Source: Negaprion brevirostris (lineage: Eukaryota). From it: a stretch of DNA of 64,000 bases. The stretch spans positions 24,312,175-24,376,174 of the forward strand of contig JARDVH010000140.1 in assembly GCA_030324005.1 (NCBI GenBank). The letters are read 5' to 3'. The notes below the pieces were generated by a model, which saw nothing but the letters and a program-made list of their open reading frames with translations, searched no databases and was not told where the DNA came from. This document shows, piece after piece, positions 1-44,600 of this stretch. Made by a program: the position numbers and the translations under genes. How positions within the stretch are numbered: the stretch's first letter is position 1; every line of letters starts with the position of its first letter.

Positions 1-1480
1 ATAACCTCGCTATTTTTAAACTCATTCCTCGAGCAATGAAGAACAAAATTCCATTTGCCTTCTTAATTACCTGCTGCACCTGCAAATCAACATTTTGTGA
101 TTCATGCACAAGGACACCCAGGTCCCTTTGCACAGCAGCACACTGCAATTTTTTTACCATTTAAATAATAGTCCATTTTGCTGTTATTCCTACCAAAGTG
201 GATGACCTCACATTTACCAACATTGTACTCCATCTGCCAGATCCTTGCCCACTCACTGAGACCATCTATATCCCTTTACAGACTTTCAGCATCCTCTGCA
301 CATTTTGCCCCTACCGCTCATCTTAGTGTCATCTGTGAATTTTGACGTACTACACTTGGTCCCCCACTCCAAATCATCTGTATAAATCGTAAACTGCTGT
401 CCAACACTGATCCCTGAGGCACACCACCCATCACCGATCGCCAACCAGAAAAACGCCCATTTACTCCCACTCTTTGCTTTCTTTAAGTTAACCAATCCTC
501 TATCCATGCTGACACATTACCCATGACACTGTGCACCTTTATCTTGTGCAGCTGTCTTTGGTGTAGCACCTTATCAAATGCCTTCTGGAAATCCAGATAC
601 ACCTACCACATCCACAGGTGCCCCATTGTCCACTGCGCACATAATGTTCTCAAAGGATTCCACCAAATTAGTCAGACATGACCAGCATGGACCCATGTTG
701 CATCGTCCCAATGGGACAACTGATACCCAGATGTCCCGTTATTCCTTCCTTGATGATAGATTCAAGCGTTCACCCTACCACAGAAATTAAGCTAACTGGT
801 CTATAGTTTCCCACCTTTTGTCTATCTCCTTTTTTAAACAGTGGCATCATATTTGCTATTTTCCAATCTGCGGGAACTACCCCAGAATCCAGCGAATTTT
901 GGTAAATTATCACTGGTGCATTTGCTATTTTCGCCACCAATTCTTTTAGCACCCTGGAATGCATTCCATCAGGGCCAGGAGACTTGTCTACTTTTAGCCC
1001 CATTAACACGACCAATACTACCTCTTCAATGATAGTTTCTAGGTTCTCGCCTGCCATGGCCTTCTTGTCATAAATTTTTGTCATGTTATTTGTGTCTTCC
1101 ACTGTGAAGACTGACAGAAAATACCTGTTCAATGCCTCAGTCATTTCCTCATTTCCAGTTATCACATTCCCCTTCTCATCCTCGAAAGGACCAATGTTTA
1201 CTTTAGCCACTCTCTTTCATTTTATATATTTGTAGTAGCTTCTGCTGTTCTTATATTCTGAGCTAGTTTACTCTGATAATCCATCTTACTTGTCTTTACA
1301 GCTTTTATCGTGGCTTTCTGTTGACATTTAAAGATTTCCCAATCCTCTAATTTCCCATTAATCTTTGCCACTTTGTATGCATTTTCTTTCAATTTGATAC
1401 CTTCCTTTGTTTCCTTAGATATCCATGGCTGATCATTTTTTTTCTACGGTCCTTATCACTGACATGTACTTTTGCTGAGC
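1..1480 (-). mobile_element. CR1-clade LINE ORF2 fragment (degenerate)
   Basis: KSPGPDGMHSRVLKE, VPADWKIAN, GNYRPVSL and KFTDDTK reverse-transcriptase motifs in broken frames. Confidence 0.9.
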
Positions 1481-2586
1481 ACTTTGAAAGCAATTTTAAT
1501 CTTCTAATTATATATATGTCTCTTTAAATTCTCATTGCTCTTCATATCTTGCATTATTTCATACCTTGTACATTTCACATTGTAGACAAGATACTGAATT
1601 ATCTAACCCTAATGATCGCAGCTTCTTAATCAGATGGTTTATAAAAAATCTGAATCCAGTCTTCTGTTTTAAATGTTTAATGCCAGTATTTACAAGTAGT
1701 ATCTTCTGGTATGGCAAACAGGCCATTGAGCTTTTCTCCATTTATGTCTACTGGCTAACCTTGGGCATGCAGTTGATTTAGCATTATTTGTTGCATGTCA
1801 ACAAGGGTTGGGATCAATAGTACTTATAACCATACTAAGAGACACAGAATTTTAAATTATAATTTGTGATGGGGAAAAGTTATTTTATTGTTTAGACTCT
1901 GCTCAAAAGACATACTGCAAACTATGGTACTTTAAACAGAAGACATTAGCTTCCAGCTATCTGCCTCACCAAGCCAATGAAGTGAGAGATACTTGGATCT
2001 TAATAGGCAGCTAACGTAAAGAGCAGAGGCAGATATAACTGTTTCCTACAAGCATTTTTAAATTATATATTTCACAATAATTACATGTGGTGTGGGAAGT
2101 TAAAAATATTGTGCTGAGAATGCCTCAACTGTGGGCAGACTTGCCACATATCTACATTTGCATATCATACAATCTGTTTTGGTTTGCCACAGAAATTCAC
2201 CTTCAGATGCCACAGAACTCTGCAGGCCCTTTTTAAGATTATGGTTCATTCCACACTATTACCTGATATCAAGACGTTATCTATACTCAATAACCTTAAG
2301 TGGTTCTTCTCCAATGGAACTGCTTCATTTCTAATTGGAATTCTATAAGCAACTTCAGAAAGGGTAAATAGCCCAGACTAAATTCTTCAAAAAAGGTGCT
2401 ATAAACCATAACCTCATGGTGAAGCATAAACTTAGCTAAATTTCAAAATCAAAATACTTGATAATGCCATTCTCAATCACTTTGGTGACTGCCAATACAT
2501 TTACTAGTAAATGGGTTAATAAATGATTTGTCTCAAGTTAAACCTTCCAATTTGACACAAAAGTTAATGTTAAAAATAGATCATAC

Positions 2587-36116
<33,530 letters not shown>

Positions 36117-37239
36117 GTTTGTAGATCCTGAGGAAAAAGACAGACTTCATTTCTTTAATTATCTACAAATCCATGTGAAAAATTATAATGTCGAGATGGA
36201 TTAAGGCGAGTTTCTAATTTTGTCAAGTTGTTATAAATGAGGTAGTTCCTAATTAAAATGATTTGGCCTATATCCATTCAACATCCATACATTTGATTGC
36301 CTAAAGGTTTAAAAATAACTTCTGTAAATACATTACACGGAGGAATAAAATGATTGCTGCATGAGATGCAATGTGCATTGATGGAAGTGTAGTCTTTAGA
36401 CCTGACTTTTATTCCAAACCAGTGGCAACATAAAGAACGATGTGAATTAAACTGGTTCAGATTAAATGTCAACATAGTGACATCCAGTTCATTTCATCCA
36501 AATCAGGTTGGCAATCCACCACATGCAAACTGTAACTGCAGATCTAAGGGTCTGCAAAATTTATAATTACAGCAAAAAAAATTCTTGACACATTAAGTTT
36601 CTTCCTAGACAAATGCAGAGTATAGTAGAAGTTCTGATTTTCTTTTTACAGAGCCATGAATATGTAACAAATGCTTTAATAATTTTCTTAACACCTATAT
36701 TTGCAACTGCTAACACTTGAAATATGTTTTAAAATATTCTTTTCATGTTTTTGAATGTGCAAATTGAAGTTTTGAATAATATTTTAGAAAAAAAGGTAAT
36801 CAGCATTTTATATGTAACACTCAGATTTCAAGTTACTACATCCAGTTCAGTTGCTTGTATTTTGACATGAGCCAAAAGGTTTGACTTCCAAAATAGAATG
36901 GGAGTTCTTAAACTCCTCTGACAGTAGTGCAAAATTCCAATGTGCTGCACTGTCCCTAAAGCTGGGGAAAATATCACACCCAAAACAATTCGAAGAAACA
37001 GGTGCAGTTCTTTTGGCGCCTGGACAACAGATCCCTATCCACCAATGTGTCCAAAAAAGGTGAACTGGTCATTCATATGACTGCTATTTGTTTTAACATT
37101 TTTGAGCAGAATGGCTGATCCATTTGTTTACATAACATACACTCCAAAGAATTGTTTTTATATATGACATTTCAATATTGTGCAGGGATATCTAAAGCTA
37201 ACAGATAGCAGCTAGATTATTTTGCCCAGCGCCCCCAAA

Positions 37240-37535
37240 AGCAGCACTGCTGCCTCACAGCACCAGAGACCCAGGTTCAATCCTGGCTTGGGTCATTGTC
37301 AGTGTGGATGTTGCACATTCTCTCCATGTCTGCTATGGTTTCCTCCCAGTGCTCCATTTTCTCCCACAGTCCAAAGATGTATGGATTAGGTAGACTGGCA
37401 ATGCTAAACTGTCCTTAGTGTCAGGGGGATGAGCTGGCGTAAACATGTGGGGTTACAGGGATAGGGCCTGGGTGGGATTGTGGTCGGTGCAGACTCTGAT
37501 GGGCCAAATGGCCTCTTTCTGCACTGCAGGATTCA
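37240..37535 (+). mobile_element. HE1-like SINE
   Basis: agcactgctgcctcacagcaccagagacccaggttcaatcc head, V-domain, gggccaaatggcctctttctgcactg tail. Confidence 0.85.
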
Positions 37536-37984
37536 ATACTGAGTATGTGCATCAAAACCCAAGCTGTGCTTACTGAAATGTTAATTCTGCTTCTTTCTTT
37601 ACAAACACTGCCTGAATATTTCCAGCATTTTCTGTTATTTCAGATTTCTAACATCTGCAGTATTGTTTTATTAACTCACACTGAGGGGAAAATTTCTTTC
37701 CATTTTCCACCAAGTAAAACATTCATGCCAAAAATTCCCACTGCTATCACCTTTACATGGTTGCAAGTTTTTGCATGCCATGCATCAGAGTGATTTAAAA
37801 CCACAAACTCACTAAGAGCCCAGTGTAACCGAGAGCTGAAAATTTTCAGTATGCTAGAGGCACTGGAGGAGCAATTGTCTTGTGTTGTTATTCTATATCT
37901 TGCTAACATTCAGAAGATACAGTAAAATTTTCAGCCATATCAGGGGAAGGTTTTATAATGTAAGGACTTGGTTCAATTTTACTT

Positions 37985-38190
37985 AGAATCCCGACATTGT
38001 AGAGAGACCATTCAGCCTATCGAGTTTGCACCAACATTTACCCAGGTTTACCTCGTAACCCCACACATTTACCCCACTAATCCCCCTAATCTTGGGGGAT
38101 TTAGCATTAGCAATTTAGCATGGCCAATCCATTTAATCTGCACAATTTGGGGCTGCGGATGGAAACAGGGAACACCCGGAGGAAAGAATG
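37985..38190 (-). mobile_element. HE1-like SINE fragment
   Basis: aatttagcatggccaatcc...ggaaac...acccggagga. Confidence 0.7.
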
Positions 38191-38369
38191 TGCAAGTGAT
38201 GCAAGGAAAAAGAGAACAAAAGGGGGTGGGGGTTAAGGACTAAACAGCTGCACCTCTCTCTCTAGCTCCCCCAGAGTTGGCAGTGAGATCCTGGAGCTGC
38301 TCGAGACCCTTTCTGCAGGAACTCCTACAATGCAAACCAACTAGGCCGCAACCCAAGCTCAGCTAAAAG

Positions 38370-38700
38370 ATGGGCCACGCTCGCCCTCCATCCACTTCAA
38401 CCCACCCGCCCCGCGGACCCAACTCACAGAATAAAGGGCGATCGGCCCACTCAAACCCACCGGCGTCGTGAGAAGCCCAGCAGCTGTTTATTCCCTCATC
38501 CGCCACTAGGCCTCAGGCTCCACTCACTCCGCCCTCCCGCGAGCGAAACCGCAAAGCACGGCACCCGGATGTCCATGGGCGGGACTTCTGGCGGCACAAG
38601 CGCACCTTCCCATTGGCCCACTGTTCCTGATTGACAGCCGTTCCATCCGATCAGAATGCGGCAGCCTCGGCCCCGCCAAGTCACACCAGTGCCGAGGGAA
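38370..38700 (-). promoter_or_regulatory. CpG-rich promoter and probable non-coding first exon of PRPF8
   Basis: The clearest CpG-dense island in an AT-rich window. GC boxes at 38405, 38577 and 38671; ETS-type CCGGATGT at 38565-38572; CCAAT on the minus strand at 38612-38616. Minus-strand donors GGA|GTGAGT (intron starts 38527) and TCT|GTGAGT (38427) could splice to the acceptor at 36128. Confidence 0.8.
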
Positions 38701-38894
38701 AACACATCACATTTCTACAAAAAAATCAAGTATTTTTTACAAGTGAAGTTCACATTAGATCTGCCAGCGTCTGTAAAGCTTAAAAAAAGACAAGCCACTG
38801 ATTCACAGTTAGAGATTCTTTGCCAACATTTGGTGATAAGCAATTCAGCTAAATTTCGTGCATTTTTATGTCTGCTGAAGGAAATTGGCATTTT

Positions 38895-39160
38895 CATAGA
38901 ATCCTTACAGTGCAGAAAGAGGTCATTTGGCCCACCAAGTCTGCACCAACTTGTCAACAGAGCATCTTATCCAGTCCTGGCCTATTCCTGTAACCCCATA
39001 CATCTACACCCTAATCCCCCGAACCTACACATCTTGGGACACTAAGGGGCAATTTAGCATGGCCAATCCACCTAACCTGCGCATCTTTGGACTGTGGGAG
39101 GAAACCAGAGCACCTGGAGGAAACACAGGGAGATTGTGCAAGATCCACACACACTGTCAC
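38895..39160 (-). mobile_element. HE1-like SINE
   Basis: gggcaatttagcatggccaatccacctaacctgcgcatctttggactgtgggaggaaacc. Confidence 0.85.
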
Positions 39161-39899
39161 CTGTGAGAAACACAGCTCACAGTTAAACAATTTAGTCAAG
39201 TCAAGTTCTGAAGGAGCAAGATTTTATTTGACATTCTTNNNNNNNNNNNNNNNNNNNNNNNNNNNNNNNNNNNNNNNNNNNNNNNNNNNNNNNNNNNNNN
39301 NNNNNNNNNNNNNNNNNNNNNNNNNNNNNNNNNNNNNNNNNNNNNNNNNNNNNNNNNNNNNNNNNNNNNNNNNNNNNNNNNNNNNNNNNNNNNNNNNNNN
39401 NNNNNNNNNNNNNNNNNNNNNNNNNNNNNNNNNNNNNNNNNNNNNNNNNNNNNNNNNNNNNNNNNNNNNNNNNNNNNNNNNNNNNNNNNNNNNNNNNNNN
39501 NNNNNNNNNNNNNNNNNNNNNNNNNNNNNNNNNNNNNNNNNNNNNNNNNNNNNNNNNNNNNNNNNNNNNNNNNNNNNNNNNNNNNNNNNNNNNNNNNNNN
39601 NNNNNNNNNNNNNNNNNNNNNNNNNNNNNNNNNNNNNNNNNNNNNNNNNNNNNNNNNNNNNNNNNNNNNNNNNNNNNNNNNNNNNNNNNNNNNNNNNNNN
39701 NNNNNNNNNNNNNNNNNNNNNNNNNNNNNNNNNNNNNNNNNNNNNNNNNNNNNNNNNNNNNNNNNNNNNNNNNNNNNNNNNNNNNNNNNNNNNNNNNNNN
39801 NNNNNNNNNNNNNNNNNNNNNNNNNNNNNNNNNNNNNNNNNNNNNNNNNNNNNNNGAAAACAAATAATGCTGGGAATGCTAATTGCTCATGGAGATAAT

Positions 39900-40186
39900 T
39901 GGTAGTACAGTGGTTAGCACTGCTGCCTCACAAAATCTGGAACCCGGGTTCAATTCCAGCCTCAGGTCACTGTCTGTGTATTCTCCCTGGGTCTGTGTGG
40001 GTTTCCTCTGGGTCCTCTGGTTTCCTCCATAGTCCAAAGGTACGTGGATTAGGTGAATTGGCCATGCTAAATTGCCCATTAGTGTTAGGCTGGTGTAAAT
40101 ACATGGGGATAAGCCTGGGTGGGATTATGGTCAGTGCAGATGCAATGGGCCAAATGGCCTAGTTCTGCACTGTAGGGATTCTATGA
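39900..40186 (+). mobile_element. HE1-like SINE
   Basis: cagtggttagcactgctgcctcac...gggttcaattcc head through gattctatga tail. Confidence 0.85.
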
Positions 40187-41325
40187 TGAATTTTGAAAAA
40201 TCAAAACTACATTTCCACAATGAAGTAGTGAGAATGGCAGAAGCATAAAAATAGATAGTGGGAGATGTAACAAACTTTACACAGGTGGAGAACAAGGTGC
40301 CTTTTGTACTTGGTGTTTCACTAGCTTGCTGGAGAAATGTAGAGGGTCATCTGACTTGGAAGAAGTTGATGGCTGGAATGGGTGCTAAAATTGAAAACAA
40401 AAATCCATTTGCCAATGTAGATATATAGACATGTTCAAAAATATATAATGTAAGTAAAAAATGTGTAAATATGATGAATGAATGATGTAATATCTTTATC
40501 AAAACTTATAGCTCTCAGTTCCATTATTTTCATCTTACATTTTAGTAATTAAGCATAATGCAGACTTGAACCTATTGAATCAAGGAATTTCCTTAAGATG
40601 ATTTATTGTCATCATGTACATATCTACAAACACGTTATTAATGTTGCCTGAAACCACTGCCAAGACTAAACTAAACTGTTCAGTTTGCCAACTGTTATCT
40701 GATAACGGGAGTTACATTGTTAGAAGAAACAAATATCTAGGTTTATTAAATATTCAATTCAAGTTTATTTGAACTTCCAGGAAAATGCAATCGATTAAGT
40801 GGGTAGTCCTGTGTGGTATTGCTTTAACATTAAAATTATGGTACTTTGATCTGGTGCAAATCCAGAAAGAGTCTTGCTTAGAAGAACCTGATGATACTTA
40901 TGGAGAATCTGGGGACTTGCAGCACATTTGTTATGTTTAACTGCTCATCTGGTTGAGTCTCTCCTCTCACACAGAGCAAAATTCCCTTCAGCATGCATCA
41001 TTTCTGATCTCCTTTAAAAACAGCGACTGTTGCAAGACTTCAGGTTAAAGGACTCATTGCAATGAACCACTTTGGGCACAAAGTGTCTGAATTAAGATTC
41101 TTTTTGAAGGGGTCACTCAGACAGATTTACACAGTGCTTCCAACAACAAAAAAAAGAGTTACAAATACCCTCCCGAGAGGAGGGCATCTTTTTTTCCAGC
41201 ATGTATCATCTCATAGCAACAAAGGAAATTGATCACAGTTTACTGAGAATCCTGTTGAATATCTCATGACTACCTAAATAACAGGTGTTATTGTGAAGAT
41301 CCTGCAAGACCTCAGTCACTGCTGA

Positions 41326-41613
41326 ATGGGGAATAGTTGCTCGTGTACCCACACTACCGTAACTCAAATTCACTTCTTGCAAGGTGATGGCTCTCCACCC
41401 TCGCAAAGAGAATATAAAGACCAGATACAGGTGGAAGTGAAAGCAGGGAGCAAACATGAAGTGGCAGAAGTAAAAGAACAATATGAAAAATGGAACATGC
41501 TCGCTGGAGAAGTCAAAGCACTACTCGACATTCGTCCAAGAGAAGGCAATGTGGAGGAGCTAATGTATCAACTGAATGAAACCTTTAAAGCTGACAGCCT
41601 GGTCATGACATCG
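41326..41613 (+). CDS. Putative first coding exon of the calpain (MGNSCSC...SLVMTS, 96 aa)
   Basis: ATG in tgaATGG context, 288-nt open frame with protein-like composition, donor TCG|GTAATC in phase 0 matching the next exon. Possible upstream acceptor at 41283-41284. No homology evidence. Confidence 0.65.
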
Positions 41614-44600
41614 GTAATCAGATTTATGTGTTATATATATTGCATACTGCCAAGCACTTTGATAAGCATGGGTCTGCTGCTTTTGTCAATTTACTTATAA
41701 TTTGTGCCCGAAATATTTTACTGAAATCTTCATTAGTAGCTCATTATTTTAATTGCATTGTACAATTTAGATGAAAAGAATCTTAAATGTACGTTTTAAA
41801 AAAAATTGAAGTTTGAGACTGGAATCTAAAATTCCTTGCCATTATAGTGTTAAGTGGGCTGCACCTTCCAGACTCTTTAATATTTACAAATCTGTAATGA
41901 GATTGGACTGCAGTATTTGCTTTGGTCCCATGTTGTGTTAGGAGCATCTATTTAATACTCAGAACATCTTCGTACTATCTTTAGAAAGTGAAATGTAATT
42001 GTACATTAATGTTCAGACTCAAAGGAATTCTGATGGAGATGGTGCTATTTTTACAATATGCTATCTTTGTCATACATCTGAATTTCAGAATCTTGTGAAA
42101 GAATACTTTTATGCCTTTGATTATAATATATAATTAAACAAGTGTTTATCTAACATTCCAGGCCCCACTTTATCTGTGCACTGATATTTGTGGGAAGTAG
42201 TACTGTCGTATTCAAAGTATTAAAATAAGGCTGTTGCTTAGTAACTAGTTTGATATTTTTCATTACGTCTGTTTGTTTAGCTTGTGAAAATGCTACATTT
42301 TTAATCCTTTCTGTCAGACCAATAGGGATGTTGATTGTTGCTTGGCAAATTAAGGGACCAAATGTGAATGACAATTTTGTATACAATTAAAAGGAGTCAA
42401 GACTGTGGTAACAAAAAAGATGATGTGATTAATGGGCATTTTAGACTCTGTCCAATTAAGTATTTTATGTAATTAGGTGGGGGGAACTGTGTAAACATAT
42501 CTTTCATCAGTCATACTGCAATTTACAAATAATTGTCATTTCATGCATGTTTGACTTTTAATATGCTGGATATCAGTATTAGTATTCATTTTGGATCAAT
42601 TCTGCTGCTGAATTCCTTTTTAATTAGATTTTTCTTCCTGCACTACAGAGTTCAAGACAAAAGTTTGACCATCTAATTCTATATTTTACTCTAAAACCGC
42701 CACCAACAGTAGTAGATGTCACACTGCAGACAACATAATCCCACTAAATATAGAAACGTAAGAAATAGGTGCAGGAGTAAGCCATTTGGTCCTTCAAGCC
42801 TGCACCACCATTCAATATGATCATGGCTGATCATGCACTTTGGGTATCCCACTCCTGCTTTTTCTCCATACCCCTTGATCCCTTTAGCCGCAAGGGCCAT
42901 GTCTGGTGCCTTCTTGAACATATCTAATGCATAATAACTTCATAGTTATACTCTACATCTGTGGGAATGGTAGCGTGTGCTCAAAATCTAGAAAGCAGGA
43001 CTTGCACTGGCAAGTTTCTGCTTTTTCCTCTGGGATTTTGCAGATTGGGGCTTGATGGGGATGATTGGTATGGTCTTACACCGAATATTCAAGCACAGAT
43101 GCTGCTTTTTGAGTTAAGAGAGAGCAGCGTCTCTCTCTTCTCGCCTTCGAAGTTGGAGACTGGAATCAGCCAGAAGATAAATTTCTTTCTTGGAAATTCT
43201 GCTGTCTGAGAGCTGCTGTTTTGAAAATTGCTGTCTGACCTCTATTAAAAAGCTGAAAATCCAGCATCATGTGAGCATACTTATTTTTGTGCTAACTAAT
43301 TCTTAAGAAGAGTGTATGTCCTGTGACCAAGATATCATCCAGGCACACTACTACCTGCGGTAACTCTTGGAGTATGTAAATCATGCCATTAATATTCAAA
43401 TCCATCCCACCGGCAAAACAGTGCCAGTAACTCTGAACACGGCATGAAACTGATCACGAACCCAATTTCTGGCCTTGCATGCAATCCTATCAGTTCACTG
43501 TGCTGATCGACTGGCACAGCAAGCTGGTAAGATTGTAGCCAAAATCGGCGTGAGTGGAGCCAATTTGGTTTAAACCTCCCCCTGCACCTTCCCTATTGGG
43601 CAAGCCTCCAATCGCCTAATAGGGGAGCTTGTGTTCAATGTGGCTCATGGGGAGATCTATTGATGATCTTCCGTGGTCCTCTTAACAAACTCCCAACATC
43701 TTATCAACCCCAGCTCTCCACATATCCTGCCACTGGCTCGAGCAGAAAATCCAACCCCATCTTTCAGGTTAATAGCCTTTCAATTGCACAGCATTTCCTG
43801 CTTTTTGTTCTTATTTCAGATTTTCAGCAGCCACAATATTTTACTTTTGGTATAGTTGGAGGAGGAATGCTGTTTGAATACGTGATCTGTTAGGTCATTA
43901 ATATTACCAGCAGCCATTCCTAGCTTGTAATAGTTACATGATACATATTATTTTTAATACACAGAAAAAGATATTATTCCATTGTAACTGTCAGACCGAT
44001 TTTATTTTTATTCAGAACTATCAGAAAATTATAGAAGAGCTTGAGCTGACTGGTAAACTCTGGGAAGACCCCGAATTTCTCCCTGAACCTTCATCATTAA
44101 CTTATGAGGACATAGCCCCAGAAGGAATCAAATGGATGCGCACCTTGGTAACTGTGCAATGATTTCATACCGATCAGCCTTAGATATAGCTAGCTCCACT
44201 TGAAACAAACAACTATCCTAAACTATTCTGGAAGTTTAAGTATCTATCGAGGATAAAATGATTGGGAATATATGCTACAGCATGAAAGGTAGATATTGTG
44301 AAAAAATGTAAGGATAGAAATTTGCTTTGGATAAACATGTGCAGGTTAGGTGGATTGGCCATGCTAAATTGCCCCTTACTGTTGGGGGACTAGCTAGAGT
44401 AAATGCATCGGGTTGTGGAGGTGGGGTTTGGGTGGGATTGTGGTTGCTGCAGATCGATGGGTCGAATGGCCTCCTTCTGCACTGTTGGGATTCTATGATT
44501 CTATAGATTCTATGATAATAGAGCAAAACAAGCAGTTATTATACAACAGCTCCCACATCCACTATATATATAGTTCCTTTAATAGTGGAAAATATCAGGA

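Noticed and set aside
39087-39905. Long ORFs of 272 and 220 aa
   Set aside because: Almost entirely N; the remainder is SINE sequence.
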